Positions 7,782-18,853 of a DNA stretch of 64,000 nucleotides are shown here, piece by piece. How positions within the stretch are numbered: the first letter of the stretch is position 1; every line of letters begins with the position of its first letter. The stretch comes from an uncultured virus (IMG/VR IMGVR_UViG_3300020197_000011) (lineage: Duplodnaviria; Heunggongvirae; Uroviricota; Caudoviricetes). Below the pieces are notes generated by a model. That model searched no databases. It was not told the DNA's origin and saw nothing but the letters and a program-made list of their open reading frames with translations. The stretch lies in the IMG/VR virus record IMGVR_UViG_3300020197_000011. The stretch is one strand, 5' to 3'. The position numbers and the translations under genes are program-made.

Positions 7782-9767
7782 TCAGTCGAACCTTGAACTT
7801 ATCATGTCTTTGGATCTTTGAGCAGAAGCACGGCGAATTGCTACTCTCTGTGCGGGGGAAAGTGGGCCGCCATAATCACCTGCTTTAGGTGGTTTTTTTC
7901 CAGGAACTTTCTTCTGCTGTCCACGAGGAGTTCCTTCGGCACGACGTATACTCTGCTTGACTAATTCATAAGCACGATCGGTTTTTTCTCTTGGAGTTCC
8001 CGCAACCTTTTCCTCTTTTCTCCTTTCATCAATATATTCTTCTTTTGCAACTGCAGGTTTTTCTGCTTTAGAAAGTGATTGCTTCCTAAGCATTGCAATT
8101 TGAGTATCAAGAGTTGCTTTTTGTTTTTGCTTTTGAAGTTCTTGAGGACTTAATGCTACTTGATTAGCAACGGCCTCAGCAACCTTTTTTGCTTGTTTCG
8201 TGGCAGTAGCATACATGACTTCTTTACCACGACCAGGATATCTTTTTTCAAAATCACCTGCACTCTTCTTCATTGACTTTACAATCTCTTCTTTCTTCTT
8301 TGTCTCTGCAGGAGTTAAAGTTTTTTCATCAAGTTCAACTTCCTCTTTTTTCACACAGTTTGGATATCTCTTTCCAAACATAGTTTTCATACCTTTTTTC
8401 TTGTAACCAGGCCAACACTTCTCATCAATCTGTTCAAATTCTTCATTGTGTGCAGGAGACTGACCAATGCGATCAAATCTTTCCTTTTCTTTCTGTCTGG
8501 TGATTGCACTCACAATCTTAGAAGATTTGGTTTGTGCTTCTTCTTTTTTCTTTCCTCTTGAAGACAATGAAGTGCGAGCAAGATTTCCTGCACGGCGATA
8601 CATTGCAGACTCTTTTTCCCTATCAATTGGCTTGTAACCTTCTTCTACCTCAACTTCTTCATTTTTTAAGTGTTCTGCTGCCTTGTAACCTTTATGTCCT
8701 GCCTTGAACTTTTGATATGCTGAAGTATTTCCTCTCTTATCAGCAGCAGTTACAACCATTCTATCGTCTTTTGGTTCTTCCTTTTCACCACCATAAACTG
8801 CCTCATCAAGTTCAACCATTTCAAGAAGAGTTCCACCAATTTCTTCAACTGCTTCTTTTAATTCGGGATTGATGATAATTTTATTTTGAATTTTCTTTTC
8901 TTTGATTTGCTTTTCATTCCGCTCATCTGGGGCAATCTTATCCATAACTTCGGAAAGATCTTGTCTCCAATTTGAGTATCCTTCTTTTCTGACTGCAATC
9001 GCTTTACCAATTGCCTTGCGGCGCTTCTTCAGATATTGATCAGAAGAATCTAAGTCGCCATCATTATCAACATCATCATCCTCTTGTCCTACGGGATCCA
9101 GTGCCTCTTCAACTTTATGCTTTGCATATAAAACACTTGGAGAATATTTACCAAGCATTAATCTTTTTTCTCTTTCATCTTTAGTTTCTGATTTTTTTTG
9201 TTTAGCAGCATCAATTCTTGCTGCTCCTTTTGGATCAATTGCTTCCTCGACTTTCTTTTTGTCTTTTAAAGCTTTCTTCATCGACTCTTCTTTATTACCA
9301 TCCTTGTCAAAGTCAAGATAATCTGGTTTTGCTGCCTCATCAAACTTCTTTGCTGCAGTCGCTGCCATACTCTTGTAAGCAGCAGTCTTCTTCATTTCTT
9401 CCCTTGCCTTTTCATTCTGCTCTTGACGCTTCTTCATATCAACTTCAAGTGCTTCTTTCGTAACTAATCCAACAATATTTTTATTTCTCTTTGTTGCTTT
9501 ATCATATAGTTTAATAGAACTCATTTCCTTATCAGCATAATTTTTTACTTCACTTTTCCCATGAGGAGTTGTGCTTAATTTGGGCCCTTTTTTTCCTACA
9601 CCAACTCTGCCCTTTCTTCTAAACTCTGTTTCAGCCGCCCTTTCTACCCTTCTTTCTGCAGAAGCAGCTCTTCTTAATTCATTATCAGCACCCTTAACTG
9701 CCTCATCAACAGAAGCAACCTGCTCCAGATAAACTCTGGACAGATCGTGAAGTTGTCTCATTGACAT
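7782..9767 (-). CDS. large charged modular protein, candidate internal head polyprotein
   Basis: 661 aa, K/E-rich; about 12 short modules, most separated by [VILF]-x-E motifs; two DxDxDG loops. Confidence 0.7.
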   Translation of the reverse strand: MSMRQLHDLSRVYLEQVASVDEAVKGADNELRRAASAERRVERAAETEFRRKGRVGVGKKGPKLSTTPHGKSEVKNYADKEMSSIKLYDKATKRNKNIVGLVTKEALEVDMKKRQEQNEKAREEMKKTAAYKSMAATAAKKFDEAAKPDYLDFDKDGNKEESMKKALKDKKKVEEAIDPKGAARIDAAKQKKSETKDEREKRLMLGKYSPSVLYAKHKVEEALDPVGQEDDDVDNDGDLDSSDQYLKKRRKAIGKAIAVRKEGYSNWRQDLSEVMDKIAPDERNEKQIKEKKIQNKIIINPELKEAVEEIGGTLLEMVELDEAVYGGEKEEPKDDRMVVTAADKRGNTSAYQKFKAGHKGYKAAEHLKNEEVEVEEGYKPIDREKESAMYRRAGNLARTSLSSRGKKKEEAQTKSSKIVSAITRQKEKERFDRIGQSPAHNEEFEQIDEKCWPGYKKKGMKTMFGKRYPNCVKKEEVELDEKTLTPAETKKKEEIVKSMKKSAGDFEKRYPGRGKEVMYATATKQAKKVAEAVANQVALSPQELQKQKQKATLDTQIAMLRKQSLSKAEKPAVAKEEYIDERRKEEKVAGTPREKTDRAYELVKQSIRRAEGTPRGQQKKVPGKKPPKAGDYGGPLSPAQRVAIRRASAQRSKDMISSRFD

Positions 9768-9780
9768 GGTTAAAAAATTC

Positions 9781-11040
9781 TTACTTTTTCTTATACTTAT
9801 TTATGAAATTAAGTCCGTATGCTTTTCCACCACTTTGAAGATTCTCTTTACCAATACTTAATGATCCAGGTGTCATTTTTGCAGCAGTCTTAAAATATCC
9901 AGTTGTTCCAACTAAAGTATTAGGTTTCTGAAAAGTTCTCATCTGCTTATCCATTTTTACTTCAGTATATTCCATCAAATCTTTAATCCATGACTTAAAC
10001 ATCCAACCTTCTTTTGTAACACAGATTAAATGATTTGCACCACGACGCATAACCTCGCCAACAAGTCCTGTGTTTAAGTTTTCGACGAGACTTCCCATTC
10101 TAAAAATTTTCTTCGTGTAATAGTTCTCACGAAGTCCCTGCCAATCCATCTTGGGAGCAATTTCCCATAAGGAGTAACTCTCTTTTGCAGTTACCTTCAT
10201 AGACTTGCGAAGAGTGTTGAAGAGTGCTTTGGTTTCCTTATCGTCCAATGACTTGGGAATACCCATTCTAAAGGTATCAAAGTCATTGTCTGCTGCTGCT
10301 TTTCTCATTTTGGATGCAGACATTCCTTCTACACCAGCAGAATCTGCATCTCTTTCTCCAGCAGATATTATATTGATGCTATCAAAAGTATAAAGATCTC
10401 CATTATACTTATTAGCTAAGTTCTTAAATTCACCAAGACGATCAGCACCCACAACTATCGTTACATCATTGAATCCATCTTCATCTGCAGTCACAAGAAC
10501 ATCAAAGATTGTCTTCATCTTATCATCATCAATAATGTTCTCCTCATATTTTGGGAACATCATCTTCATATACTTAATCTTTGTGCTCGGATCCAATGGA
10601 TTTTTCTTTGGATCTTGAGATCTGGATGGGTAAATTCTAAGTTCACTTCCACCAGAAACATTTGATGCAGAGTTTAAAAGTTTCTGATGTCCTACAGTAG
10701 GAGGATTGAATCTACCAAATACCAACGTAACCGAACCACCTTCTTTTGCTGGTTTTTCTTCTTCGGGTTTTGAAGGTGCTTCCGGTGGTGTTGGTGTTGT
10801 TGCTGCTTGTGTTGCTGCAACCTGTTGATTTGCTTTTGTTTTTTGTTGAGGGGTATCTCTTTGTCCTACTTTCTGCCCTTGATTATAAAATTTGAGTTCT
10901 CCTTTTTCGGTTTTAGCAACAAACTCCCCTTGAGGGTTATACCATCCACCATGGCCATCACCTTTTAATCCCATGCGTTTTGCTTGGGAAGCCGCTTGAG
11001 ATTCTTTTGCTTCAGATAAAAATCGGAAAAAACTCTTCAT
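9781..11040 (-). CDS. cytidylyl-/nucleotidyltransferase (HIGH superfamily) with N- and C-terminal extensions
   Basis: VFGRFNPPTVGH, VVGADR, MSASKMR motifs. Confidence 0.88.
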   Translation of the reverse strand: MKSFFRFLSEAKESQAASQAKRMGLKGDGHGGWYNPQGEFVAKTEKGELKFYNQGQKVGQRDTPQQKTKANQQVAATQAATTPTPPEAPSKPEEEKPAKEGGSVTLVFGRFNPPTVGHQKLLNSASNVSGGSELRIYPSRSQDPKKNPLDPSTKIKYMKMMFPKYEENIIDDDKMKTIFDVLVTADEDGFNDVTIVVGADRLGEFKNLANKYNGDLYTFDSINIISAGERDADSAGVEGMSASKMRKAAADNDFDTFRMGIPKSLDDKETKALFNTLRKSMKVTAKESYSLWEIAPKMDWQGLRENYYTKKIFRMGSLVENLNTGLVGEVMRRGANHLICVTKEGWMFKSWIKDLMEYTEVKMDKQMRTFQKPNTLVGTTGYFKTAAKMTPGSLSIGKENLQSGGKAYGLNFINKYKKK

Positions 11041-11066
11041 AGTATGTGTTGAGATACTTATATTTA

Positions 11067-11972
11067 TTACCAGGGATCCCCAGACATTTTTAAACTACTT
11101 GCTAGTTTTTCAGACTCATATTTAAATCTCATCTTTAATATTTTTTTAGATCCTGCTTTAACACCCACAGAATCATTACCCACTTCTTCAAAAGTTATAC
11201 GTTCTGTCATAATCGCTTTAAGTTTTGGATTATTCAATGGATCCTCAACAGATGCAGAATAAGGTGCTTTTGTTCCTCTACCAGTAACCTTTACATATGG
11301 TGGATACAATTCTTCACTCGCATCAATCCAACTTTTAATAATATAATCTCTTCTTTGATCAGGTTTAAGAGTATTGAGTTTTTTTAAAAGAACATCTCTG
11401 CAATCATTCAATACTTTAGATCCTAATCTATCAGTTTGCATTTGTAACGCTTTATTCTTTCTTATTTCTGCTTTTCTCGCTGATGCGGAAGAAGATAGTT
11501 TGAATTGTTTTATTATCTTTTCTTGTTCTTTTTTATTGATATCATTTAACTTTAAATTAAGATCTTTATCAACTGTTCCCACACCAGGATTTTTAAATCC
11601 AATATCACCTTTACCCTTTGTTGACTTTGCAGATAAACCAAGATATCCACCTTTTCTAAATTTTATGAGAACATCAGTTGGATTTTTTCTTTGATCAACA
11701 TCTACTCCAACAACTGCTTTAAATGAAAATCCTGGACGAGCAGTCCAATAAGTTTCTTGTATTCCAGAATATCCATTACTTTTTGCCCACTTTAAAAACT
11801 CATCAACCATAGCCATGGCTCTGCCAATTTGCTGATCTGCTTGATCTTCAGTAATCATTTTCAATTTTTTATTATATTGCGCTTCTGATGCAGAATCTGG
11901 AAATTCGTTTCCATTTAATGCAAATGCACAATATATTTCATTTACGTCTGCTAAATCGGTATTTCTTGACAT
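11067..11972 (-). CDS. hypothetical protein, PD-(D/E)xK nuclease-like
   Basis: Start MSRNTDLADVNE at 11972 (the track extension runs through the tRNA); NPTDVLIKF...GLSAKS resembles a PD...xK core. Confidence 0.55.
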   Translation of the reverse strand: MSRNTDLADVNEIYCAFALNGNEFPDSASEAQYNKKLKMITEDQADQQIGRAMAMVDEFLKWAKSNGYSGIQETYWTARPGFSFKAVVGVDVDQRKNPTDVLIKFRKGGYLGLSAKSTKGKGDIGFKNPGVGTVDKDLNLKLNDINKKEQEKIIKQFKLSSSASARKAEIRKNKALQMQTDRLGSKVLNDCRDVLLKKLNTLKPDQRRDYIIKSWIDASEELYPPYVKVTGRGTKAPYSASVEDPLNNPKLKAIMTERITFEEVGNDSVGVKAGSKKILKMRFKYESEKLASSLKMSGDPW

Positions 11973-11991
11973 TATGAAATACTTTTTTAGA

Positions 11992-11998
11992 TATTTAT
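11992..11998 (-). promoter_or_regulatory. late promoter ATAAATA overlapping the tRNA 3' end
   Basis: tRNA ...TCCA is followed directly by TAAATA, ~20 nt before the ATG at 11972. Confidence 0.6.
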
Positions 11999-12070
11999 GG
12001 AGAATAGCGGACTCGAACCGCTGACATTCGCCTTGCAAAGGCGCTACTCTACCAACTGAGCTAATTCCCC
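11998..12070 (-). tRNA. tRNA-Ala (TGC)
   Basis: GGGGAATTAGCTCAGTTGGTAGAGT...TTTGCAA...GGTTCGAGTCC...ATTCTCCA; G3:U70 Ala determinant, A73; CCA not encoded; G27.A43 mismatch. Confidence 0.95.
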
Positions 12071-12080
12071 GATCACAGAT

Positions 12081-12109
12081 ATTATAAAACCCACTCAACT
12101 CAAAGTCAA
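12081..12109 (-). promoter_or_regulatory. sigma70-like promoter of the tRNA, embedded in a hairpin
   Basis: TTGACT-17 nt-TATAAT within AACCCACTTGACT-TTG-AGTTGAGTGGGTT. Confidence 0.75.
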
Positions 12110-12175
12110 GTGGGTTAGAGCAACCTTCCGTGGTTATTTAGTTCTCATCTCTTAACTCTCTCTTGATTTCATCTT

Positions 12176-12811
12176 TTAACCTTTTTCTGCTGCCTTGCTA
12201 TCAAGATATGCCTGCATTCTTGCGTCTGCCTCCTTTTTTTTCTGTTCATTTGATTTGAAATCATCACGACCGAATCTTTCGTCACCATAACGCTGCTTTC
12301 TTCTTTTTGCCGCTCTTTCTCTCATAGCGGCAATAGAATCTGCTTCAACAATACTCTGCTTCCACTCTTCGCTCATATTTGCCATAATAGCAAGAGCTGC
12401 CTTGTTGGTATCAGCATAACCCTCGGCAACTAAGTATTCTAGCAGGTAGTCAAAAAGATCAACACCTTCACCAAGTTCTCCCATTGCCCTTGCTTTACGA
12501 ACATTCTTTGCTCTCAGTGGCCCACCGTGTCCAGTTACACCTCCAGCGGCATCACGGGCAGCATCTCTACTAGGTTTTTTTTCTGGTGTATGAATATCTT
12601 TTCTTCTAGATGCTGCCTCTTTAGTTCCATAAGGTTTTCCAGTGAATCTATCAACGTGCCCTCTCTTTTTCGCATCATCAGAAGCAGCAGATCTTTGTGC
12701 TTTTTTGCGATTTGCCTGGAAGTCCTTCATCGTCATTCCTTCATCAAGTTGCTGATTTTCAACAACTTCCATATATATTTCTCGAAGATTACGAAGTTCT
12801 TGTGCGTTCAT
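12176..12811 (-). CDS. late modular hypothetical protein (candidate internal head protein)
   Basis: Perfect TATAAATA at 12831-12838; basic modules bounded by LDE/G, LGE/G and IVE/A. Confidence 0.75.
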   Translation of the reverse strand: MNAQELRNLREIYMEVVENQQLDEGMTMKDFQANRKKAQRSAASDDAKKRGHVDRFTGKPYGTKEAASRRKDIHTPEKKPSRDAARDAAGGVTGHGGPLRAKNVRKARAMGELGEGVDLFDYLLEYLVAEGYADTNKAALAIMANMSEEWKQSIVEADSIAAMRERAAKRRKQRYGDERFGRDDFKSNEQKKKEADARMQAYLDSKAAEKG

Positions 12812-12846
12812 CTTACTAATACTTTTTAGTTATTTATAAAAATTTA

Positions 12847-13032
12847 TCAGGAACCCAGAATAGCATCAAGGTTCTCATCAATGCTTTGAATGATCGAACG
12901 AATATCTGAAATACGAGGAGGAACACTCACTTCATCATAAGTGTATCCTTTTTGAGCATCAAACAAAACTTGACGCACTGCAGCTGCTGCACGAGTATCC
13001 ATTTTTACAGTTACTTGTTTTTCTTTAGTCAC
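12847..13032 (-). CDS. hypothetical protein (61 aa)
   Basis: ORF track; GTGA overlap with mazG and an AGGAGG SD. Confidence 0.7.
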   Translation of the reverse strand: MTKEKQVTVKMDTRAAAAVRQVLFDAQKGYTYDEVSVPPRISDIRSIIQSIDENLDAILGS

Positions 13033-13442
13033 AGATCTCCCTCCTTACGATTTTCAGAATAATGAACATCAAAAGTTCCCTCAGGATAACGAGCACTGAG
13101 TTTCTCAAAGTTCATCTGAAGAATTTCATTGAAGTCTGTATCAAGAGCCATACATGCTTGTGCGAGATACCAGCAGATGTCTCCAAGTTCACGCTTCATA
13201 TGAAAAACATTATCTTCATTGTATGGTTTACCTTGAAGAATAATCTTCTTTACAACTTCAGTGAACTCTCCTGCTTCTGCGGACAAACCAAGAGCAGCAG
13301 TCAAAAGGCGAGGAACATCAGCATCAGCAGATGTATCAAGTTCAGTTAATCGTGAAAGGAGATCTGCGAGATGTGTGCTTGCTGGACTTGTCGTTTGGCC
13401 AACAAAATCAATATACTTATCAGTGTCAATTTGTTGTGTCAT
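13029..13442 (-). CDS. mazG: MazG-like nucleotide pyrophosphohydrolase
   Basis: GLSAEAGEFTEVVKK...ELGDICWY...N.EKL.ARYP. Confidence 0.93.
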   Translation of the reverse strand: MTQQIDTDKYIDFVGQTTSPASTHLADLLSRLTELDTSADADVPRLLTAALGLSAEAGEFTEVVKKIILQGKPYNEDNVFHMKRELGDICWYLAQACMALDTDFNEILQMNFEKLSARYPEGTFDVHYSENRKEGDL

Positions 13443-13744
13443 ACTTTTATGGGTTCTGCTTGTCTATCTGGAAGTTTAATTTGTGGAAGTGGTTGTGGTT
13501 CACGAACTTCCCAGGAACCACCAACACCACCGTCCATATTTACGACGATTTCACTAGTTGGTAGTGCCTTAGGCATCTGAACATCCACCACCTGACCCAT
13601 CAGAAACTGATTGCGAGTATAAGTGCGGTTCTGTGGATCCATAGCAACCATCATAAGCGCATCTTGTTCATCACCACAATCTAATAGTTTTCTTCCAGTC
13701 TTTTTATCAATAACTGAGAAATACTCTTCAGAGTTGTACTTCAA
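13439..13744 (-). CDS. hypothetical protein
   Basis: ORF track 101 aa, 4-nt overlaps at both ends. Confidence 0.7.
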   Translation of the reverse strand: MKYNSEEYFSVIDKKTGRKLLDCGDEQDALMMVAMDPQNRTYTRNQFLMGQVVDVQMPKALPTSEIVVNMDGGVGGSWEVREPQPLPQIKLPDRQAEPIKV

Positions 13745-15117
13745 AACTTAAATCCCTCAAATGATTTCTTTGGTTTTCTTTCTTCATAATCATACTCTTC
13801 TTCTTGTGAATTGTCAAGTATGTCTTTTTGTGCTGACTGTTCACAATCGTATAAACGCATCTTAGCGCGATCAATACCAATCACAAATCTCTTATGAATG
13901 GTTGGATCATTGTAGCGGTTCTTAAGTTGCTTCACAAGAATCTGTCCGAGATCTTCCAACTCTTCAGTGCTAATAAGAGCGAACATAAGATCAGCAGTGG
14001 CAGGCAAACCAAAGGATTCGCTAGTATCAGTAAGTTCAACATCAGAACTACCATAACCTGAACGAGTGGTTTGGGTAGCGGAAACGATTGGTAGATTGAA
14101 TTCAACCGCAAGTCCACGGAGTTCTTCCGCAATAGCCTTAATATAAGAATAAGAGTTGACTGAAAGATTTCCTTTGTAGCGACTAGAAGCACAAATATTG
14201 AGATAGTCAATAAAAATGATATCTGGTTTAAATGACTTCTTAAGTGCAAGCTCATTAAGTAGGGATCTAAAATGTCCAGCATGAGCAGATGCAGTTGGGT
14301 ATTCTTTAATTATAAGAGTACCTTGAGTTTTCTTTGCAATACCTGCAACTTTGTTTTCGTAGAGTGATTTTGGAAGTTCTGCAATATCTTGAATCGGAAC
14401 ATTCAATAAGTTTGCATCAATTCTTTCAGCAATGCGTTCTTCTGCCATCTCCAACGTAATGTACAAAACGTTCCGTCCTTGGAGCAAGATGGAGCTAGCC
14501 ACATGGCACATGAATAGAGACTTCCCGACACCCGTACCAGCAAGAGCGATGTTAAGAGTTTTGTTAGGGATGCCACCTTTCGTGATTTTGTTAAAGTATT
14601 CAAGATCAAATTCAATTTTTTCCTCCTTTTTGTGATACAGTTCATAACGCTTCTCATAGTCAATCAGATAATCATGTCCAACATGATTATCAAAACTTAC
14701 TGCAAGAGCATCTTGAAGAATAGATGGAATAGCATCACGATTCTTCTTTTCATCTTTACCATCAGCAACTTGAATTGCCTCCATCAATGCTAAGTAGATT
14801 GCGCGATCACGACACCACTTTTCAGTGGTATCAGTCAACCAAGTTAAATCGGCGGGAACATCATCAAGACAATCAACAAGGTGAACAATTTCCTTAAAGG
14901 TTGTGTCATTGATATCAGTTCTCTTTTCAACTTCAATAGAAAGAACTTCTTTGGTAGCAAGTTGATTATATTGTTGAACAAAACTCAGAACTTCTTCGAA
15001 AACAATCTTTTGATTGTAGTCTTCAAAGTATTCTGCTTTTATAAATGGTAAAACTTTTCGAATGTATTCTTCATTGTGTAAAAGGTTTCTAAGAATTAGA
15101 AACTCAACTTTCTCCAT
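13741..15117 (-). CDS. gp41: replicative DNA helicase
   Basis: [35 protein letters not shown]. Confidence 0.97.
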   Translation of the reverse strand: MEKVEFLILRNLLHNEEYIRKVLPFIKAEYFEDYNQKIVFEEVLSFVQQYNQLATKEVLSIEVEKRTDINDTTFKEIVHLVDCLDDVPADLTWLTDTTEKWCRDRAIYLALMEAIQVADGKDEKKNRDAIPSILQDALAVSFDNHVGHDYLIDYEKRYELYHKKEEKIEFDLEYFNKITKGGIPNKTLNIALAGTGVGKSLFMCHVASSILLQGRNVLYITLEMAEERIAERIDANLLNVPIQDIAELPKSLYENKVAGIAKKTQGTLIIKEYPTASAHAGHFRSLLNELALKKSFKPDIIFIDYLNICASSRYKGNLSVNSYSYIKAIAEELRGLAVEFNLPIVSATQTTRSGYGSSDVELTDTSESFGLPATADLMFALISTEELEDLGQILVKQLKNRYNDPTIHKRFVIGIDRAKMRLYDCEQSAQKDILDNSQEEEYDYEERKPKKSFEGFKF

Positions 15118-16111
15118 AACTAAATTCCTTGCGTGCGATTTCGTCCAATTGTTGCATCACTTCTTCAGTAAAGTATACTTCGGGATTCTTCAGAATCTCT
15201 TTACCGTAGATTTTCTTCCCTTGAATCTCATAACGTCCAGCAACGTTTTTCCAGAGTCCACCGAGTTCTCCAAGTTCAAGAAGGCCATAGTGCCTATCCA
15301 ACCCACGCTCATCATAATACAAACGAACTTCAACACCTTTGTTCTCCTTACTCAGACGCGATTTAGCAGTCTTAGCTTTGATAATGTTGCCAACCACTTC
15401 TGTTCCATCCTTCTCTTTCTTTTTGCTAAGATAAATGATTGTAGATGCTGCGTATTTGAGTCCACTACCTCCCCCCATTTCTTTCGTTGGAACATAAGCT
15501 CCGATGACATCGTATGTATGATTTGTGACAATGAGTGGAACATTTGCTTGGCCTAGTTTGAGGGTTAACATTCGGAATGCACCTTTGACAAGTTGTGATT
15601 TAGTCATGTCACGAACTTGCTTATCATTTAGTGCATCTGTAATTTCTTTCTCGGTTGAAAGCATACCCAAAGAGTCTAGCACAAACATACAAGGTTTGCG
15701 TTCTTCTACAGGTTTTTTTAAGTAAATATCAACTGCTTTAAGTGCCTTAGTGCGAAACTCTTCAATCGTAACAACATTCACTACCACAAGACGTTGAGTA
15801 TCAATTCCACGAGACTCTACAAGTGACTTAGTGATAGCAGCCTCAGTGTCAAAGTAGAGACAGTAACCATCGGGATGAGTATCAAGAAAGTTCTTAACCA
15901 CGGCGAGAGAGAAAAAAGTCTTTCCAGTAGAAGACTCTCCAGCAATAGCAGTAATCTTATTGCCAGATACACCACCAAAGATACTACCTGAAACCAATGC
16001 ATTAAAGATGTAAGAACCCGTATCAACATAAGTTTCAGTTTCATCTATGTCTGCAGCGAGTTTGGTGTAATCATCACCAATCTCTTTTACAATATCTTTT
16101 AAAAAGTCCAT
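15104..16111 (-). CDS. uvsX: RecA-like recombinase
   Basis: [26 protein letters not shown]. Confidence 0.96.
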   Translation of the reverse strand: MDFLKDIVKEIGDDYTKLAADIDETETYVDTGSYIFNALVSGSIFGGVSGNKITAIAGESSTGKTFFSLAVVKNFLDTHPDGYCLYFDTEAAITKSLVESRGIDTQRLVVVNVVTIEEFRTKALKAVDIYLKKPVEERKPCMFVLDSLGMLSTEKEITDALNDKQVRDMTKSQLVKGAFRMLTLKLGQANVPLIVTNHTYDVIGAYVPTKEMGGGSGLKYAASTIIYLSKKKEKDGTEVVGNIIKAKTAKSRLSKENKGVEVRLYYDERGLDRHYGLLELGELGGLWKNVAGRYEIQGKKIYGKEILKNPEVYFTEEVMQQLDEIARKEFSYGES

Positions 16112-18606
16112 CAGGAAAAAAATGAATCAAGGTTTACAGTTTTCTCTACGTTCCACCCAATCGTATCAAGAATTGCCTTGAGTGGTTCTACAAAGCTCTT
16201 CTCGAATTGTAATTCATAATCAATGTATTTGTCAAGTCCAAGTTCTTTGGGAAAATCTTGAATGAATGAAATCACATTTTCATGAATGATGTTAGGTTTT
16301 TTAAGAAAGATGAATTTAATTTTCTCACCATTATTGATGAGTGAGTATTTGTTAGTCAGTTTTTTCTCCTTGATGTAATAATTAAAGAGAAGTGCTCCAC
16401 GAACATGAATAGGAGTTTTGGGAGCATAAATGTTTGATGAAGATTGATACTTTCTCACATCTGATGCGGTTCTTGGAAAGGCAATCACTTCTGGTGGAAG
16501 TGTTCTGAACTTCTTACGAGACTTTTCAATAAAGTCGATTACATCATCTTCAGTTCCACTCATCATCAACTTTAACCCATCCTTAATCATCTGACGGCAA
16601 GGAGCAGGAGTCGATGACTTAATTGCCTCAATACCCATAATCTTGAGTTTAGGTTCTTCGTAACGAACACCTTCACTATCCCACACATTCAGAATATAAC
16701 GCTTCTTAGCAGTCCAGATTCCGCGTTCGGCAATATTCTCACGCTTCATCTGCATCTTCTGAGCATATGCATTCACGTAGTCGGCCAGTTCTTGGTAGCA
16801 ACCTTCAATATACTTTTCAAGTTCCACCTGACAGACTTTATCAAGGAACGAAACAATGCTTTGAGTAGTTTTCGTTCTCCCCTTGTATACATTTTCAACC
16901 AAAGGGCCCATATTAAGATAAATGGAATCGGTATCAGAAGCAATGACATAATCAATCTCCTCAGTTTTTAATAGTTTGTTCAGATAAGCATTCATCTTAT
17001 TTTCAATCCAACGAATTGCTACCTGTCCAGACAAAGTAATTGCTTCAGCATTTGCTAGTTTGTAATACCTAAAATACTGATTGCCGATAGCACCATAAGC
17101 AGAGTTAAGAGAAATCTTCTTTGCCATTTGGATGTTGTTACATCTTGCAATTTCTTTCTCCAACTCTTTCGTCTTTTGCTTTTCATATGCTTTCTTTGCT
17201 TCAATCATCTTTTTCTTGAAGATGACTCGTTCGTTATACATCTTCTCCATCAGTTCAGGAAGAAACCCACGAACATCTTTGCGATACATGGCACCGTTTG
17301 CACATACCGCATAGTCCTTATAAAGTTCAAAGTTGGTTTCTTCACGCAGAATCTTATCCACATTGACATTAGGATGTCTTTCTTCCAGAAGAGTTTCTGG
17401 GGAAATATTGTACATCATAATTAGGTGAGGGTACAGTGAGTTCAAGTCAAAGTTCACCACCCACTCATAAACACCAGGAGTTGGTTCTTTCACATATGCA
17501 CCAGCATACTTCTCATCTTTTGCAGAACGTTCCTTTGGAGGAATAACAATGTTTCTTTTCTTAAGGTAATTGTAGATAATGTTGTCCCACATACGAACCT
17601 GATAGAACACATCTGCATAGTTCACTTTAGCATCATAAGCCATAGTGATTGCAAGTTCAATTAGTTTCATCTTGTCCTCAAGACGATCAACCAGTTCTAC
17701 GTCAACAATATTATACTCAACAAACTTCTGCCAACCTTTTGTATAAAAGTCTTTGAATGTATCAAACTCAGAGTGATCAAGTTTCTTTTGTCCAAGTTCT
17801 ACCTCAACAATGTGATCCAATCGATAAGATTCCTGTGCTTTATAAGTAAACTTTTTATAAAGATCGAGATAATCGAGTTGAGTGATTCCACCCACATCAA
17901 AATAGATTTGTTTCCTACCATTCACAAAGATTTCATTTTCCGTAGTCAATCCCCAAGGTGAAAAGCGTTTCATTGCTTTTTCGCTTACTACAGAATACAA
18001 ACGCTTGCAGATATAAGGAATATCGTAAAACTGAATATTCCATCCAGTCACAACTTCTGGAATATTTGCATCCCAATAATCAATAAAGTTAGAAAGCAAC
18101 CGATGCTCAGATCCACATTCAATATACTTGACATCAGATCGAGTATTATTGAATGGTTTAATACCCCAAGTAATAATTTTCTTGGTGGTATAATCCTGAA
18201 TTGTAATCGTCAGAATTTCCTCTGATGCAGATTCAGTGTCCGGAAATCCATTCTCAGAAGCCACCTCAATATCAAGAGTTACTAGTTTGATTTTAGTAAT
18301 ATCAAACTTAATTTCATCCTCAGGAAACTTATCAGAAATATACTGATAAACATAGCGATCGTTGCCGTAGATTTTAAAACCATCTACACCCTCATATTTT
18401 TTTACAAACTCACGACAATCACGAACAGAGCCAGGTTGAATAGGTTCTACATTGTCACCCTCAAGAGTTTTATATTTTGATTCTTTTTTAGAAGGGACAA
18501 AAAGAGTAGGAGTATACTCTTCTTTGAACATTACATGTTTACCATTTTCATAACCACGAACCAGGAATTGATTCCCGATCATTTGCACATTGGTATAAAA
18601 TCTCAT
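16111..18606 (-). CDS. gp43: family B DNA polymerase
   Basis: DIEV exonuclease motif, [26 protein letters not shown]. Confidence 0.98.
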   Translation of the reverse strand: MRFYTNVQMIGNQFLVRGYENGKHVMFKEEYTPTLFVPSKKESKYKTLEGDNVEPIQPGSVRDCREFVKKYEGVDGFKIYGNDRYVYQYISDKFPEDEIKFDITKIKLVTLDIEVASENGFPDTESASEEILTITIQDYTTKKIITWGIKPFNNTRSDVKYIECGSEHRLLSNFIDYWDANIPEVVTGWNIQFYDIPYICKRLYSVVSEKAMKRFSPWGLTTENEIFVNGRKQIYFDVGGITQLDYLDLYKKFTYKAQESYRLDHIVEVELGQKKLDHSEFDTFKDFYTKGWQKFVEYNIVDVELVDRLEDKMKLIELAITMAYDAKVNYADVFYQVRMWDNIIYNYLKKRNIVIPPKERSAKDEKYAGAYVKEPTPGVYEWVVNFDLNSLYPHLIMMYNISPETLLEERHPNVNVDKILREETNFELYKDYAVCANGAMYRKDVRGFLPELMEKMYNERVIFKKKMIEAKKAYEKQKTKELEKEIARCNNIQMAKKISLNSAYGAIGNQYFRYYKLANAEAITLSGQVAIRWIENKMNAYLNKLLKTEEIDYVIASDTDSIYLNMGPLVENVYKGRTKTTQSIVSFLDKVCQVELEKYIEGCYQELADYVNAYAQKMQMKRENIAERGIWTAKKRYILNVWDSEGVRYEEPKLKIMGIEAIKSSTPAPCRQMIKDGLKLMMSGTEDDVIDFIEKSRKKFRTLPPEVIAFPRTASDVRKYQSSSNIYAPKTPIHVRGALLFNYYIKEKKLTNKYSLINNGEKIKFIFLKKPNIIHENVISFIQDFPKELGLDKYIDYELQFEKSFVEPLKAILDTIGWNVEKTVNLDSFFS

Positions 18607-18851
18607 TTAATCAAGTTCTGATACTTTTCAAGAAGAGTGGGTTTCGGATCAACGATTGTAAGAATTTTATCCGAATGAATCATAAATGTATTTTGACTAG
18701 AACATTCAATAAGCCAAGGAACCAAAGTTTCGTCAGAGTTGAGAACAAATGGTTCAATCAATTTACAATCTGGTTCACCTAGTTCAGTAGATACTTCTTC
18801 AATTTTAGAAAGAAGAATAACATTGTTCATTAATACTAAAAGTTTAATCAT
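18603..18851 (-). CDS. hypothetical protein (small beta-barrel-like)
   Basis: 82 aa; shares IKL.V....PW...P pattern with the upstream neighbour. Confidence 0.75.
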   Translation of the reverse strand: MIKLLVLMNNVILLSKIEEVSTELGEPDCKLIEPFVLNSDETLVPWLIECSSQNTFMIHSDKILTIVDPKPTLLEKYQNLIK

Positions 18852-18853
18852 AA

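Noticed and set aside
11973..12098. N-terminal extension of the 11067..12098 ORF
   Set aside because: It runs through the tRNA-Ala gene and its promoter; the ATG at 11972 is the plausible start
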